This document shows, piece after piece, positions 1 to 9,710 of a stretch of 64,000 nucleotides of DNA; position 1 is the stretch's first letter; the number at the start of each line of letters is the position of its first letter. The translations under genes and the position numbers were made by a program. This stretch comes from Kofleriaceae bacterium (GTDB lineage: Bacteria; Myxococcota_A; Polyangia; Haliangiales; Haliangiaceae), in the NCBI GenBank assembly GCA_965215005.1, contig CBDCCZ010000001.1:160001-224000 (forward strand). The letters run 5' to 3'. Below the pieces are notes generated by a model, which was given only the letters and a program-made list of their open reading frames with translations, had not been told where the DNA came from and searched no databases.

Positions 1-67
1 AGCTCGATGCGATCGCGGAGAAGTCGATCAGTCCCCGCCTCTATTCCTCGCGCGTTCGGGAGGTGGC

Positions 68-523
68 GTGATGAGCCTGCCCAATGCGTATCCATCGCCG
101 GCGTGGTCAACGCCTGTCGGCTTCTGCGTCTGGGGCGTTCCGCTGCCGAAAGGCTCAAAGACGCGGATTGGCGGGCATCTGGTGGAGGTGGCTGACATGC
201 GCTGCCGATCGCGTGCAGCCGGTGCATTGCGGCGCTGGATGGACGCCGTTGGCTGGGAAGCGCGACGGCGATTCCAGACGCCGAGCAGCAAGTCTGTTCA
301 CGTGATGCTCATGTTCGCGCTGCCACGACCCAAGAGCGTGGAGCGCGTGCAGCCCACGGTGAAACCCGATCTGGACAAGCTACAACGTGCCGTCCTCGAT
401 GCGCTCACCGGCATCGCGTACATCGACGATGCGCAGGTAACGCACATCGTCGCAAGCAAGCGGTACGCCGACGGGGTTGAGCCATGCGTGTTCATCGAGG
501 TGAGGGAGGTGCTCGATGCATGA
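68..523 (+). CDS. rusA: RusA-family Holliday junction resolvase
   Basis: KPDLDKLQRAVLDALTGIAYIDDAQV matches the RusA catalytic motif; N-terminal GVPLPKGSK. Confidence 0.85.
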   Translation: MMSLPNAYPSPAWSTPVGFCVWGVPLPKGSKTRIGGHLVEVADMRCRSRAAGALRRWMDAVGWEARRRFQTPSSKSVHVMLMFALPRPKSVERVQPTVKPDLDKLQRAVLDALTGIAYIDDAQVTHIVASKRYADGVEPCVFIEVREVLDA

Positions 524-758
524 GCTCGACCAGAGGAAACGCAAGCGCAATGCACGGCGGGTGAAGACACGCAAGCCGCCTGCACTGCTCGGCGACTGCA
601 AGCCTGGCGATGAGGTGCTGGTTCGGGTGCAGGTGACAGCGTTCATCAACGGCGGCGTGTTTGGTCGAGTGATCGATGCGAGGAGGCAACGGAGCTCGTC
701 GAGCTGCCTCTCGATGCGCCCGTCGTCGCCGTTGAACGGCTGCGGCAAGGCTAGGTGA
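516..758 (+). CDS. Small basic hypothetical protein
   Basis: Overlaps rusA end and ends 3 nt before the next ATG. Confidence 0.4.
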   Translation: MHELDQRKRKRNARRVKTRKPPALLGDCKPGDEVLVRVQVTAFINGGVFGRVIDARRQRSSSSCLSMRPSSPLNGCGKAR

Positions 759-761
759 CAC

Positions 762-1268
762 ATGCTTGCAAGTAACGAAGGCGGGCTTTTGAACGAGCTC
801 GCCGAGCGGGCCGATGCGCTGCTACGCGCGGCGGAAGATGAGCAGTTCAGCGATGCGGCGTTGGACTCGTGGCCGGAGCGCCCGAGAACCCGCGGCGAAT
901 GCATCGGCAAGCCGCGGCCATGTCCGTGGATCGGGTGCCGATATCACCTGCTCTTGCGCGTGACCCACGCAAACACGCTGGTTCTAAATGGCAATGCCGC
1001 CGGCGACGCCGCCGAGCGCAATCTCCGCGGACGGACCGTGGCGCTCTCGCGTGAGCAAGCGTGGTTTCAGCGCGCCCTAGAGACGTGGGAGCAGCTGGAA
1101 GAAACCTGCGCGCTCGATGTCGCGGACCGCGGCCCGCACACGCTGAGCGCCGTTGGCCGGGTTCTGGGGACCTCGCGCGAGCGCATGCGGCAAGTCGAGG
1201 ACGAAGCGAAGAAGCGACTCAAGACGGGGCTCGTCGAGCTCGGCATCAACCAAGTAACGGAGGAATAG
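762..1268 (+). CDS. Sigma-70 region-4-like HTH DNA-binding protein with Cys/His motif
   Basis: C-terminal TLSAVGRVLGTSRERMRQVEDEAKKRLK; upstream RPRTRGEC...PRPCPWIGCRYHL...ETCALDVADRG. Confidence 0.75.
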   Translation: MLASNEGGLLNELAERADALLRAAEDEQFSDAALDSWPERPRTRGECIGKPRPCPWIGCRYHLLLRVTHANTLVLNGNAAGDAAERNLRGRTVALSREQAWFQRALETWEQLEETCALDVADRGPHTLSAVGRVLGTSRERMRQVEDEAKKRLKTGLVELGINQVTEE

Positions 1269-1270
1269 AG

Positions 1271-2155
1271 ATGATGAACACGACAATCGCGATTACTAAC
1301 GACTTCGAAGGAACCGCCCTCACCACCATCCAATACCAGGGGCGCCCTTGCTGGATCGCTAACGAGATTGGGACAGCCCTCGGCTACGCACACGGCGGCA
1401 GGCGTCTTATCCAAAGCGTAACCAAGAACTGGCGCCGGGAATTCGCACCCGGAACTGACTACCTCATTCTCAAAGGGAAGGAGCTTAAAGATTTCAAGAG
1501 CTTACTGGCTGATGACACCGATCTGGTGTCATCAAAACTCGAGCAGTCTCGGCGCGGAATAATGCTCCTCTTCGAGACGGGTCTGTACCTCGTGGTGCAG
1601 AAGACGGAGAAGCCCGCAGGCGTGCGGCTTCGCCGCTTCCTCGCAGAGGACGTGCTGCCCCAGATTCGGCGCACGGGGTCATACACGCCCCCGCCGCCAC
1701 AGCCCACGCCCATGGACGAACGGATGATCCAGGAGCATCTCCGGCAGGGTCGCATCTGGCGCATTACGCAGCTACTCGAGGCCGGCAAGGGGAACCTTGC
1801 GGGCGACTATGTTCGCCGGATCGTCGAGACCTGCCTCGGCAACGAGACCGGCGAGGCGAAGGCGACGAACCCGATCCTCGACGTGAGTCAATTTCTCGCA
1901 GACAAGGGCTTTGGCCGCGAGGGGCAGCGACGCTTCGCCGGAGCATTCGGTAAGACGCTGCGGCGGCTCTACGTTGAAAAGCACGGCGAGGAGCCCAAGA
2001 AGCTGCAGCGGTACGTCAACGACCATGACGTTTTCGTCAACTGCTACACGGAGAAGGATCGGCCATTGTTCGAAGCGGCGTTCCTCGTGCACTTCGGCGG
2101 TCATGTCGAGGCGAATCAGAATGTGCCGCGCTTGCTGACCGAGGAGGTTGGATAA
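1271..2155 (+). CDS. BRO-N domain phage antirepressor-like protein
   Basis: GRPCWIANEIGTALGY...ETGLYLVVQKTEKP...RFLAEDVLPQIRRTGSY; ATG at 1271 after GAGGA. Confidence 0.85.
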   Translation: MMNTTIAITNDFEGTALTTIQYQGRPCWIANEIGTALGYAHGGRRLIQSVTKNWRREFAPGTDYLILKGKELKDFKSLLADDTDLVSSKLEQSRRGIMLLFETGLYLVVQKTEKPAGVRLRRFLAEDVLPQIRRTGSYTPPPPQPTPMDERMIQEHLRQGRIWRITQLLEAGKGNLAGDYVRRIVETCLGNETGEAKATNPILDVSQFLADKGFGREGQRRFAGAFGKTLRRLYVEKHGEEPKKLQRYVNDHDVFVNCYTEKDRPLFEAAFLVHFGGHVEANQNVPRLLTEEVG

Positions 2156-2194
2156 CAGCGGCTTGGGGCGCTTCCGACACGGGCTGTATGACAC

Positions 2195-2237
2195 CGGCCG
2201 ATTTGATGCCCCCGCTCCCGGGGCATCAAATCGGTCG
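2195..2237 (+). terminator. 18-bp stem-loop downstream of Bro gene
   Basis: CGGCCGATTTGATGCCCC / GGGGCATCAAATCGGTCG, one G-T pair, 7-nt loop; no clear U tract. Confidence 0.55.
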
Positions 2238-2359
2238 CGGGGATCTCGGCGAACATCGCTTCACGTCCCCATGTCGCGTCTCCTCCTGCGACTAGGTGGC
2301 CGCGAAATCCGTTAAGCGGCTTCTGGCTTCGTCGCGGCGCCTAAGCGACGACTGACTCT

Positions 2360-2848
2360 GTGAGCTGGAAACTTGTCCTTGCGCTAGCCGCTGGAGCAGC
2401 CGGCGGTGCCGCCCTTGCCCGGGACCGACACCACGACGGCGGGCTCGAAGGCGTTCCCGCGTGGTGGACGAAGCAGCATCCCCGCGAGAAGTGGCGGCGC
2501 GTCTGCTACACGACCAAGACCGACGCGCTGAAGGTGTTTGCAGACTACAACCATCGGATCATCGATGAATGGGGCGGCATCAACGCCAAAGGCAGCAAAG
2601 GCGAGTTTGATGCCATCAACCATAAGAACGGGCTAACCGGCAGGCGTACAGCAAAGACCATCGGTGAAGCGCTGTGGCTGGCGATGCCAGCGGGGCGGCC
2701 GTTTTGCCTCGATCGCATCGACCTCGAGGCGCTCAATGGCACCAGCCCAGCGCGCGAGCATCCGGTGGGCTTTCAGCTGCCCGACTACGTAGCAGATGAG
2801 TTGGTGCGAAGGCAGGAAGAGCTGCACTATCGCGAGCAGCGTTCCTGA
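2360..2848 (+). CDS. Hypothetical protein with N-terminal hydrophobic anchor
   Basis: MSWKLVLALAAGAAGGAALA; clean 162-aa ORF. Confidence 0.7.
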   Translation: MSWKLVLALAAGAAGGAALARDRHHDGGLEGVPAWWTKQHPREKWRRVCYTTKTDALKVFADYNHRIIDEWGGINAKGSKGEFDAINHKNGLTGRRTAKTIGEALWLAMPAGRPFCLDRIDLEALNGTSPAREHPVGFQLPDYVADELVRRQEELHYREQRS

Positions 2849-2999
2849 GGTTATTCGTACAATGGCTTTGTTTTCGCCGATTTGCGATAGGAAGGAACCG
2901 ATCGTTCGTTCCTGCGCGGTGGAACGGCGACCGTCGACGGCTCTGTCCTGATTAAGCGGAAGCAAGCGCTTGCGTGTGCTCGGCGAGACCATCGGCGCG

Positions 3000-3491
3000 A
3001 TGGTTCGCTCGCGCCAAGAAGTCGCCATCGCCAATGCCGGCGTCGCTCTTGATCAAGCGGATAACCGCTACAGGCGAACGAGCGGTCTATGGCTGTTTCA
3101 GTTCGGCGCCTACGGCACGTTGTACGTGGCGGTGTGGGAGCGATTTCTAGAGGCGGCGCTCGAACAGGCTGCTGAATGGCTTGCGGAGAATGCGCCCGGG
3201 CATCTCATCGATCACTCCGCGATGCGGCGACTGGTGAAAGAGGCGCGTGAGGAGCTCGGGTCGGACGCTTCGGAGGAGGCGGTCTGGGAGCACGCCGAGG
3301 CCGACTTGACGTACACCGAGGCGGGGTGGCTGTTGTCGTATGAGTGGTGGGTTGATGAGGTCGATGCGTTCGATCCACTGTATCGACGGCTGCTCGTGCA
3401 GTCGTTTCGCGAGGCGCCAGAGCAGCTCGAAGACGAGGAGGACCGCGGTCGGGCGCGACGGCTCATTCGGCGTCTGCGGGGGCTAGGATGA
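3000..3491 (+). CDS. Acidic hypothetical protein
   Basis: In-frame ATG at 3000 within ORF 2970-3491; stop overlaps patatin start (ATGA). Confidence 0.65.
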   Translation: MVRSRQEVAIANAGVALDQADNRYRRTSGLWLFQFGAYGTLYVAVWERFLEAALEQAAEWLAENAPGHLIDHSAMRRLVKEAREELGSDASEEAVWEHAEADLTYTEAGWLLSYEWWVDEVDAFDPLYRRLLVQSFREAPEQLEDEEDRGRARRLIRRLRGLG

Positions 3492-4405
3492 GTCTGCTGC
3501 AGGTCCCGCTGGAGCTGCGGCAATCGCGTTGCGCGCTGGTGTTGGCGGGCGCTGTGGGGCAAGGGGCATTTGACGCTGGCGTGCTCTATGAGCTCGTGCA
3601 GCGTGGACTCCGGCCGCAGACGATCGTCGCGACCAGCAGCGGTGCCTTGAATGGGCTCATGCTCGCGGCCGGCATGGCACGGGGAGAGCCTCGAGCGGCG
3701 ATGGGTATGCTCCGCCAGCTCTGGCTCGAGGAGGCATCGTTTGCGCGGCTACTCCGCCGCTCGGTGAGCGTGCGCGGGATTTGGACGCGCCGTGGGCTGC
3801 TGCACGCGGGGCACTTGCTCGACTTGATGCGCCGGTACGCGCCGCCGGCAGAGCTCCCGCGAGGGGACTTCCGCTTCGGCTGTGTGATGGCGCCGCTGGC
3901 CGGGCGTCCGTGCATGGTGAACCGTGCGCCGCATCGGAGCTTCGAGCACGTTGCCATGTTTGGCGCCGCCGACTTCACGCAAGGCAGCATTGAGCGCGTC
4001 TATCGAGCCGTGGCCGCGAGCGCGGCATTTCCGCTTCTGTTTGAGCCGGTGCACGTCGATGGCGTCGGTCCCTGCATCGACGGCGGCACCGTGAACAACA
4101 CGCCGCTCGCCTTGGTCGCCGGCTGCGACGTGGTGATGGTGTGCTCGTCCTATCCTCCGAACGTTGCGCCCGATGCAACCGCAGGCGGCATTCGACTCGT
4201 GGAGACCATCGCCGACATGATCATTCACGAGCGCCTGCTTCGGGACCTCGGCCACCTCGACAAGCTCGCCCATGTCATTGAGATCCGCCCCGAGCAGCGC
4301 CTGCCCGGAGGCGCCTTCGGCTCGCTCCTGGACCGTAGGCTGCGCCAATCGTTCCTCGAGATGGGGCAGCGCGCGGCTCGCAAGATGTGGGAGCGCTGCT
4401 CTTAA
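3488..4405 (+). CDS. Patatin-like phospholipase
   Basis: Gly-rich LAGAVGQGAFDAG, nucleophile ATSSG, ASAAFP and DGG motifs. Confidence 0.85.
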   Translation: MSLLQVPLELRQSRCALVLAGAVGQGAFDAGVLYELVQRGLRPQTIVATSSGALNGLMLAAGMARGEPRAAMGMLRQLWLEEASFARLLRRSVSVRGIWTRRGLLHAGHLLDLMRRYAPPAELPRGDFRFGCVMAPLAGRPCMVNRAPHRSFEHVAMFGAADFTQGSIERVYRAVAASAAFPLLFEPVHVDGVGPCIDGGTVNNTPLALVAGCDVVMVCSSYPPNVAPDATAGGIRLVETIADMIIHERLLRDLGHLDKLAHVIEIRPEQRLPGGAFGSLLDRRLRQSFLEMGQRAARKMWERCS

Positions 4406-4619
4406 TGCTTTATTGCAATGAACGATACTGAATTTTTCGCGAGTAAACGACTAGGTTGAGGTAGATGTGGCTTCGCTTGACGCCGACTGTGCTTCCTCGA
4501 CTTCTGATTCTCGCTCGAGGAGCCATCATCGGAGCGGAGTCTGGCATTGCCCATGTTGTTGTGTGCGAGCGGGTCACCGTCACCTACTGCTAACGCCGCA
4601 GGCGCACGCAGCGTGATGT

Positions 4620-5723
4620 CTAGGCCGCAAGCGCGAAGCTGCGTGGCGCGTGTGGCAGGCCGTGCTCGCGAATGCAGCCGGCGTGGTCGAGGATGACGGC
4701 GCGCGTGCCGCGCCATGGCCGGAGGGCCCGGCCTACCTGCTGCAGGTAGAGGCCGAGGGACTTGGTTGGTCGGGCGAGGACGATGCATTTTACAGAGGCT
4801 TGATCGAAGCCTTCACAGAGGATGGCGACGCTGCAGACGACTTGGGTCAATCCTTGCGCCAAGCGCACTAGCACGGCATCTCGGTCGATGATTCGCATGG
4901 TGCCGTCGAGGTGCTCAGCGGCGGCGCCGGCGCGGCGGAAGCGGTGTACGAGGCGGCGTGAGTGATCGATGGAGGTGGCGAAGACGAGGGTTCGCAAGTC
5001 GTATGCATGGGTGAGCCATTGCTCGACCACATCGCCGACGAGACGATCGGTATCAACGAGCTTGGAGAGGGCGCGTTCGTCGTAGTCTGTGCCTCGTAGG
5101 GGCACCTTGCCGAGCTCCGGAAGCCACGACATGGTGGGAGCGTGGATTTCCGGCTCGACGAGATAGCCGACTTCCATGAGCTCTCGCGGCGTGGCTGCGG
5201 TGACGAGTGTCTGGTATACGTCGCCGAGGGACTGGCTATCGGCGCGGCACGGGGTGGCGGTAAGGCCGACGCGCACGGCGTCTGCATAGTGCTCGGCCAG
5301 CTCGCGATGGGTTCGCGCGAGCATGCGATGGCACTCGTCCTCGATGACGAGGTCGGCAGGCGGCTTGACGCGGCGATGCACGGTGGCGACGGAGCCGATT
5401 TGAATGGGCGCTTCCGGCCGATGCCGGTCATCGCTGGCCATGAGCACGCCGAGCTGCGGCTCTGGGATACCGAAGTCGAGGAGGCGCTTGTAGGCTTGGT
5501 TGACGAGCTCGCGGCGGTGGGCGAGAAAGAGGCAGCGTTTGCCGGCCGTCCACGCGGCATAAACGAGCTGCGCTGCGATGGTGGTCTTGCCGGAGCCGGT
5601 GGGCGCCACCAGCAGGAGATGGCGTTGATCGCTCGCAAGAAGCTCATCGAGGTGCTGGATGGCGCGCACTTGGTACGCGCGCAGTCGAATGCCCGAAGGA
5701 GCGCGCGCATGAAACATGGTCAC
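4620..5723 (-). CDS. SF2 DEAD/DEAH-box helicase (phage type)
   Basis: LRAYQ, APTGSGKT, DECH, TATP, EGFD and QQVGRALR motifs. Confidence 0.9.
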   Translation of the reverse strand: MTMFHARAPSGIRLRAYQVRAIQHLDELLASDQRHLLLVAPTGSGKTTIAAQLVYAAWTAGKRCLFLAHRRELVNQAYKRLLDFGIPEPQLGVLMASDDRHRPEAPIQIGSVATVHRRVKPPADLVIEDECHRMLARTHRELAEHYADAVRVGLTATPCRADSQSLGDVYQTLVTAATPRELMEVGYLVEPEIHAPTMSWLPELGKVPLRGTDYDERALSKLVDTDRLVGDVVEQWLTHAYDLRTLVFATSIDHSRRLVHRFRRAGAAAEHLDGTMRIIDRDAVLVRLAQGLTQVVCSVAILCEGFDQASVKCIVLARPTKSLGLYLQQVGRALRPWRGTRAVILDHAGCIREHGLPHAPRSFALAA

Positions 5724-6238
5724 CGCGTCCAGAAAACGTGCAGCTCACGATCGATCCTCAGCGTGACGATCTCGCCGCTTAGCTCGAGGTCGCGCGCGTA
5801 CTTCTCATAGTCGATGTATGGGCGCAACTCGGTCGGGATAGCCATGGTCTCGGTCATCAGCTCGTAGGCGAAGTCTTCGAGGGAGTCGAAGATGCCCGCC
5901 GCCTGCTCCTCGAGCATCGTTTGCGCCTCGTCGAGATGAACCAGGCCTCCTACATGGCTCACCAAGGCGGCGATGATTGGGCCGTGCTCGACGAGAAGCT
6001 GGGCGAAGGCTGCAAGCTCTTCGAGCGAGTCGTGCGGCTCAACACGATAGCCGGCAAACCCTTCGTAGTCATCGATGCGCCATTCTTCTGCCTCGGGCAC
6101 CGGAGATGCTTCGAGCATCGAGGCAATCTCTTCTTCGATGTCGCTTGCGTCCTGGTCAGCATCGATCCAAGCGCCGTGGAGAATGCCGGCGTTGTAGGCT
6201 GCCAGGTCAGCAATGTAGAGTCTCGGCTGCGAGGCCAT
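5720..6238 (-). CDS. ardA: Antirestriction protein ArdA
   Basis: LYIADLAAYNAGILHGAWID...EEWRIDDYEGF...YIDYEKYARDL; very acidic. Confidence 0.9.
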   Translation of the reverse strand: MASQPRLYIADLAAYNAGILHGAWIDADQDASDIEEEIASMLEASPVPEAEEWRIDDYEGFAGYRVEPHDSLEELAAFAQLLVEHGPIIAALVSHVGGLVHLDEAQTMLEEQAAGIFDSLEDFAYELMTETMAIPTELRPYIDYEKYARDLELSGEIVTLRIDRELHVFWTR

Positions 6239-6241
6239 GGT

Positions 6242-7069
6242 TTACCTCCGCGAGCTTCGCGACTCCCACGGCTCGACGATCACGCGCTCGGTCGCATTGC
6301 CGAAGGCACGAAGTGCAATGGGAAGGAGGACGATGCCTGCGCCGATGGTGAGGACGGCGGCCATACCGCTGGCGACGGCTCTTGCGGGGTGATCGCCAAA
6401 GAGCGCGTGCAAGAGGCCTTGCAGGATGCTGTCATCGGGCACTTTCCAGGAATCGAGGGTCCGCTGCCAGCCTGCACGCGCCACGGTGCTTGTCGCAATG
6501 GTGTGAAAGGCGGTGCTGGTCGCGTGCTCCGACGCTTTGGCGGACAGAGTGTCAAGAGAGACGCCGGTGTCGAGCGCCGGCACGATGGCTGTTGCGTAGA
6601 AGCGCATCCACCGCTTACGTGCATAGTCGCGCCATTCATCAAGCCGTTCGCCGGTGAGGTCGCGCTCGGCTTGCCGATCTAACTCGGAGGCTTCATCGAC
6701 CCAGCCGCGAATGCCGGTTAGCAGCCGCTCTTGCATCGCTATGACCGAGGCGAGGCGATCGCCGGCGGCTTCCACGTTGCGAAGCAGCGTGCGCTGCGCG
6801 GCGCTGAGCTCGGCCGGCGCGTTTGGCGCCGCGACAGCGCGTTGCAGTGCTTGTTCCAGCGCCGTCACGTGCTGCAGGCGCTGCTGGGCGAGCGAGATGC
6901 CGCTCCACAGCGCGCGGACGTAGCATGTGATGCCGCCAGCGAGGTCTTCTGTTTCGCTGGGGCAGCCGGCGCGCTCGATGAACGCGCGGATGTCGGCAGC
7001 GCTATTTGCGCGCTCGTGGTGAACGCGCGACAGTCGCTCGATGATCGCGCCAATGCGAGAGATGCTCAT
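6242..7069 (-). CDS. Hypothetical helical protein with C-terminal TM segment
   Basis: AVLTIGAGIVLLPIAL near C-terminus; coupled to neighbours. Confidence 0.7.
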   Translation of the reverse strand: MSISRIGAIIERLSRVHHERANSAADIRAFIERAGCPSETEDLAGGITCYVRALWSGISLAQQRLQHVTALEQALQRAVAAPNAPAELSAAQRTLLRNVEAAGDRLASVIAMQERLLTGIRGWVDEASELDRQAERDLTGERLDEWRDYARKRWMRFYATAIVPALDTGVSLDTLSAKASEHATSTAFHTIATSTVARAGWQRTLDSWKVPDDSILQGLLHALFGDHPARAVASGMAAVLTIGAGIVLLPIALRAFGNATERVIVEPWESRSSRR

Positions 7070-7377
7070 TCGGCCTCCGTGATGGCGATGAGCGCCGCGA
7101 GCGCTTCGTCGGGCGAGGGCGCCAGGCCGCCGCGGGCTGCATATCCCGCGGGCGGAACGTATTCATAGCCGACAGGCTCATGATGGCCGATCCATCCAAG
7201 GGTCTCGCCGGTGACGACCCCGGCTTCGGCCCGACGAATCTCCCATGCGCGCTCGGGTGCATGAGGATAGCGCCATGGAATCTGCGGGACGGTCCTTAAC
7301 AAGACGCGGTCGATGCGGAGGCTGTTTAAGGAGCTTTGCAGGTTGCCAGGTGCTTGCCGCGGAAGAGATTGATTCAT
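7066..7377 (-). CDS. Hypothetical protein
   Basis: Purine-rich RBS-like AAAGGGAA upstream; ATGA overlap with next gene. Confidence 0.6.
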   Translation of the reverse strand: MNQSLPRQAPGNLQSSLNSLRIDRVLLRTVPQIPWRYPHAPERAWEIRRAEAGVVTGETLGWIGHHEPVGYEYVPPAGYAARGGLAPSPDEALAALIAITEAE

Positions 7378-7429
7378 GGAAAGTTCCCTTTGCAGGATTA
7401 GGTGTTACTTACGGGACGCCGAGGCCCGA

Positions 7430-7711
7430 TTAGGTGCGCTGGCTGGCGGCGAAGGCGTCGATGGAGGTGATTAGGAAGCCCCACTCGACGTCGGCGTCGG
7501 TGTCACTGTCGACGCGGAGGCGGGTGTTTGGTGCAAGGTGCAGTCGCAATACGGTTGCCGGTGGCAAGCGAATCAGTTGGCCATTGCTGAGGCTCAGGCG
7601 ATGCTCACCGAGCTCGAGAGGAACCGCCAAGATGGCCTCGGCCCAGCCCGAGCTGCTGTACACTTCTTGGCCGTGGCCACGGCGCACGAGCGTTGTAAAG
7701 CTCAAGCTCAT
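7430..7711 (-). CDS. Small beta-rich hypothetical protein
   Basis: Start overlaps transglycosylase stop; alternating hydrophobic pattern. Confidence 0.6.
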   Translation of the reverse strand: MSLSFTTLVRRGHGQEVYSSSGWAEAILAVPLELGEHRLSLSNGQLIRLPPATVLRLHLAPNTRLRVDSDTDADVEWGFLITSIDAFAASQRT

Positions 7712-8370
7712 GCCACTGTGCCCGCTCTAGCAAGCTCAGCCAAGTAGTCACTTGCGACCTTGCGCGACCAACGCACGCGGTGCGGCATCTTGAGATGACG
7801 CCCCGCCCGCGGCAGCGCAATCGCCGTCGCATGCACGCGCTCTAGATCGATGGCGGCAGGCGCCAGCCCTTGGTCTTCGAGCACGCCGATCACGTAGCCG
7901 GTGCCGGCCACTTCGGAGTATCCAGCGTTCCAGCCAAACACCAGGAGCTCGACGAATCGCCGATCGCGCCAGCTCGCTGCGGGAAAGGCACGCGCGTGTC
8001 GGGTGCTGTAGACGTGGGCGATGCGCCCGAGAAGCTCACACGCCAGGCGCGCGTTGATACGCGGCTCGAGCAGCGCCTGCCGCGAATGGCTGGTGCCAAA
8101 GCGGCGGTTGTAGCTTTGTCGCACGACCTCGACGACCTGCAGAAGGCCCCACGCTGGCCCATTGGTGTCATTGGCGTTGAAGCCAGACTCGTTCTTGGCG
8201 AGGGCGCGGAGAAACTCTACTGGAATGGAGCTGCACTCGGCGCGGAAGATGCCGTCGTAGGCTTGCGAGAGGCCTGTGCCGGGTCTGGTGGTCGCTGCGG
8301 CAGCTCGACGTAAACCAAGCAGCGCAACGGCGATGGCACCGACGCCAAGGGGAAACACGGCGTCCATCAC
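7708..8370 (-). CDS. Lytic transglycosylase (SLT) with N-terminal membrane anchor
   Basis: LRALAKNESGFN (catalytic Glu), AWGLLQV, GWNAG; hydrophobic N-terminus. Confidence 0.85.
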   Translation of the reverse strand: MMDAVFPLGVGAIAVALLGLRRAAAATTRPGTGLSQAYDGIFRAECSSIPVEFLRALAKNESGFNANDTNGPAWGLLQVVEVVRQSYNRRFGTSHSRQALLEPRINARLACELLGRIAHVYSTRHARAFPAASWRDRRFVELLVFGWNAGYSEVAGTGYVIGVLEDQGLAPAAIDLERVHATAIALPRAGRHLKMPHRVRWSRKVASDYLAELARAGTVA

Positions 8371-8642
8371 CGCAGATCGGGCGGCAACATGAGCGCGTCG
8401 CGGATCAACAGAAGCATCAGCGCGACGCCTGGCGCGGCGGCTGCCACCGACGCGGATGCGACGATGGGCAGCTCAGCGACGAGAAACAGCGCCACAGCGA
8501 GCGGCAGCGTCGACCAGAAGGCCATGCAAACGTTGCACGACCACGGCTTGCGGCCTTGCTGCACGTGCTTGGTGACCATAGGAAGCACGCGCAGCAGGCA
8601 CGTGAGATAGAAGCCGGCGATGCCGACAATGAGCGTTTGCAT
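8367..8642 (-). CDS. Small multi-TM protein with CxxCxxxW motif (DUF1360-like; holin candidate)
   Basis: KPWSCNVCMAFW between hydrophobic helices; TGATG coupling upstream. Confidence 0.6.
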   Translation of the reverse strand: MQTLIVGIAGFYLTCLLRVLPMVTKHVQQGRKPWSCNVCMAFWSTLPLAVALFLVAELPIVASASVAAAAPGVALMLLLIRDALMLPPDLR

Positions 8643-8842
8643 CAACATCCGCACCCCTGGTGGTATTGCAGGTCGAATTGACCATTGGGCCGCGCTTGCA
8701 CGAGCACCCAGAGCTGGCGATTGCTCGACCAGTACAGCTGGCCATGCGCGCCGGAGTCGCGCCGCTGAAGACGGGCTCCCAGCTCGACGAGACGCACGCG
8801 GGCGTTGACGGGCGAAAGCGTCTCTCGATGGACCACGGCCAT
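8642..8842 (-). CDS. Small hypothetical protein, first gene of leftward operon
   Basis: MAVVHRE...QGCGC; stop overlaps next ATG. Confidence 0.55.
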   Translation of the reverse strand: MAVVHRETLSPVNARVRLVELGARLQRRDSGAHGQLYWSSNRQLWVLVQARPNGQFDLQYHQGCGC

Positions 8843-9106
8843 GTCTCGTCGTAGCCGCGTCGAGACGCCATTGCCCAGATGGTGCATTAAGCCGCAAAGG
8901 AGACCGATATGGGCGGTTGCCACCGTGGCATGCCACCCTCGCGGCGAAAGACTCCGCTAGGCGCTTCCGCAGTACGCCTTGCCCGTTATCCTCTGCTTCT
9001 CGGTTGCCACCGAGGTTGCCAACTGCTTGCCAGCTGGGTTCTCCCTGTCACTCGCACCCCCCACTAAGGGACTTGATCCGTACGGTTTGTTGATTAGGAG
9101 CCTCGT

Positions 9107-9664
9107 ATGCATCCAGACGCCTCCCCGCCCGATTCCGCGACTTCTGGCGAGCTCATTCGCGGCTGGCTTGCCGCTGCCGAGATTGCCGGCCGCAGCGCCA
9201 CCACCTTGCGGCGGCTCGTAGATCGGGGTGAGCTCGATGCGCTCAAGACTGCCGATGGCGTCTACGAGTTTCAGCGGGAACATCTCGAAGCGCTGCGGCC
9301 GGGTGAACATGACGCAGATCTGGTCGCCGCGGTGTTCGCCGACCTGGATGCCGCCAAGCCGCTTACGCAGATCGTCTGTCAACGCAAGATATCGGTTGAG
9401 ACGATGCGCGGCCTCTATGAAGAGTGGCGCGCGCTTCGTGAGATGGATCTGCACGTCGAAGGCGCGGATAAAGCGCTGGCGAAGCTGCAAGCCGCGGTCG
9501 AGACGCTGCAGCACGAGCTCGAGCAGCTCAAGGCGCAGAGCGGCCTTGGCGCCCTCGCCGAAGGCTACGCGTGCGCCTCGTGCCACGCCGGCGGAAGAGT
9601 CGCTGTCCGCGTTCTCTGCACGAGCTGCCAGCGGCAGGAGTGGCTCGGCTTCTGGCCCGATTAA
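9107..9664 (+). CDS. Excisionase/MerR-like HTH protein with coiled coil and C-terminal CxxC..CxxC
   Basis: AAEIAGRSATTLRRLVDRGEL; CASC...CTSC; AGGAG RBS. Confidence 0.75.
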   Translation: MHPDASPPDSATSGELIRGWLAAAEIAGRSATTLRRLVDRGELDALKTADGVYEFQREHLEALRPGEHDADLVAAVFADLDAAKPLTQIVCQRKISVETMRGLYEEWRALREMDLHVEGADKALAKLQAAVETLQHELEQLKAQSGLGALAEGYACASCHAGGRVAVRVLCTSCQRQEWLGFWPD

Positions 9665-9710
9665 GCGGTTTGTAGCGTGTTTGGCTGGCGGCATCGAGAG
9701 TAGTCGCACC

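Noticed and set aside
1061..1270. N-terminal extensions in the ORF track (Bro, 12972, 17517, 37046, 54412, 60922, 63610)
   Set aside because: They overlap neighbouring genes or lack support; downstream starts with RBS or stop/start coupling fit better.
4620..5723. Helicase as the viral packaging ATPase
   Set aside because: It has full SF2 motifs (DECH, TAT, QxxGR), not FtsK/A32 features.
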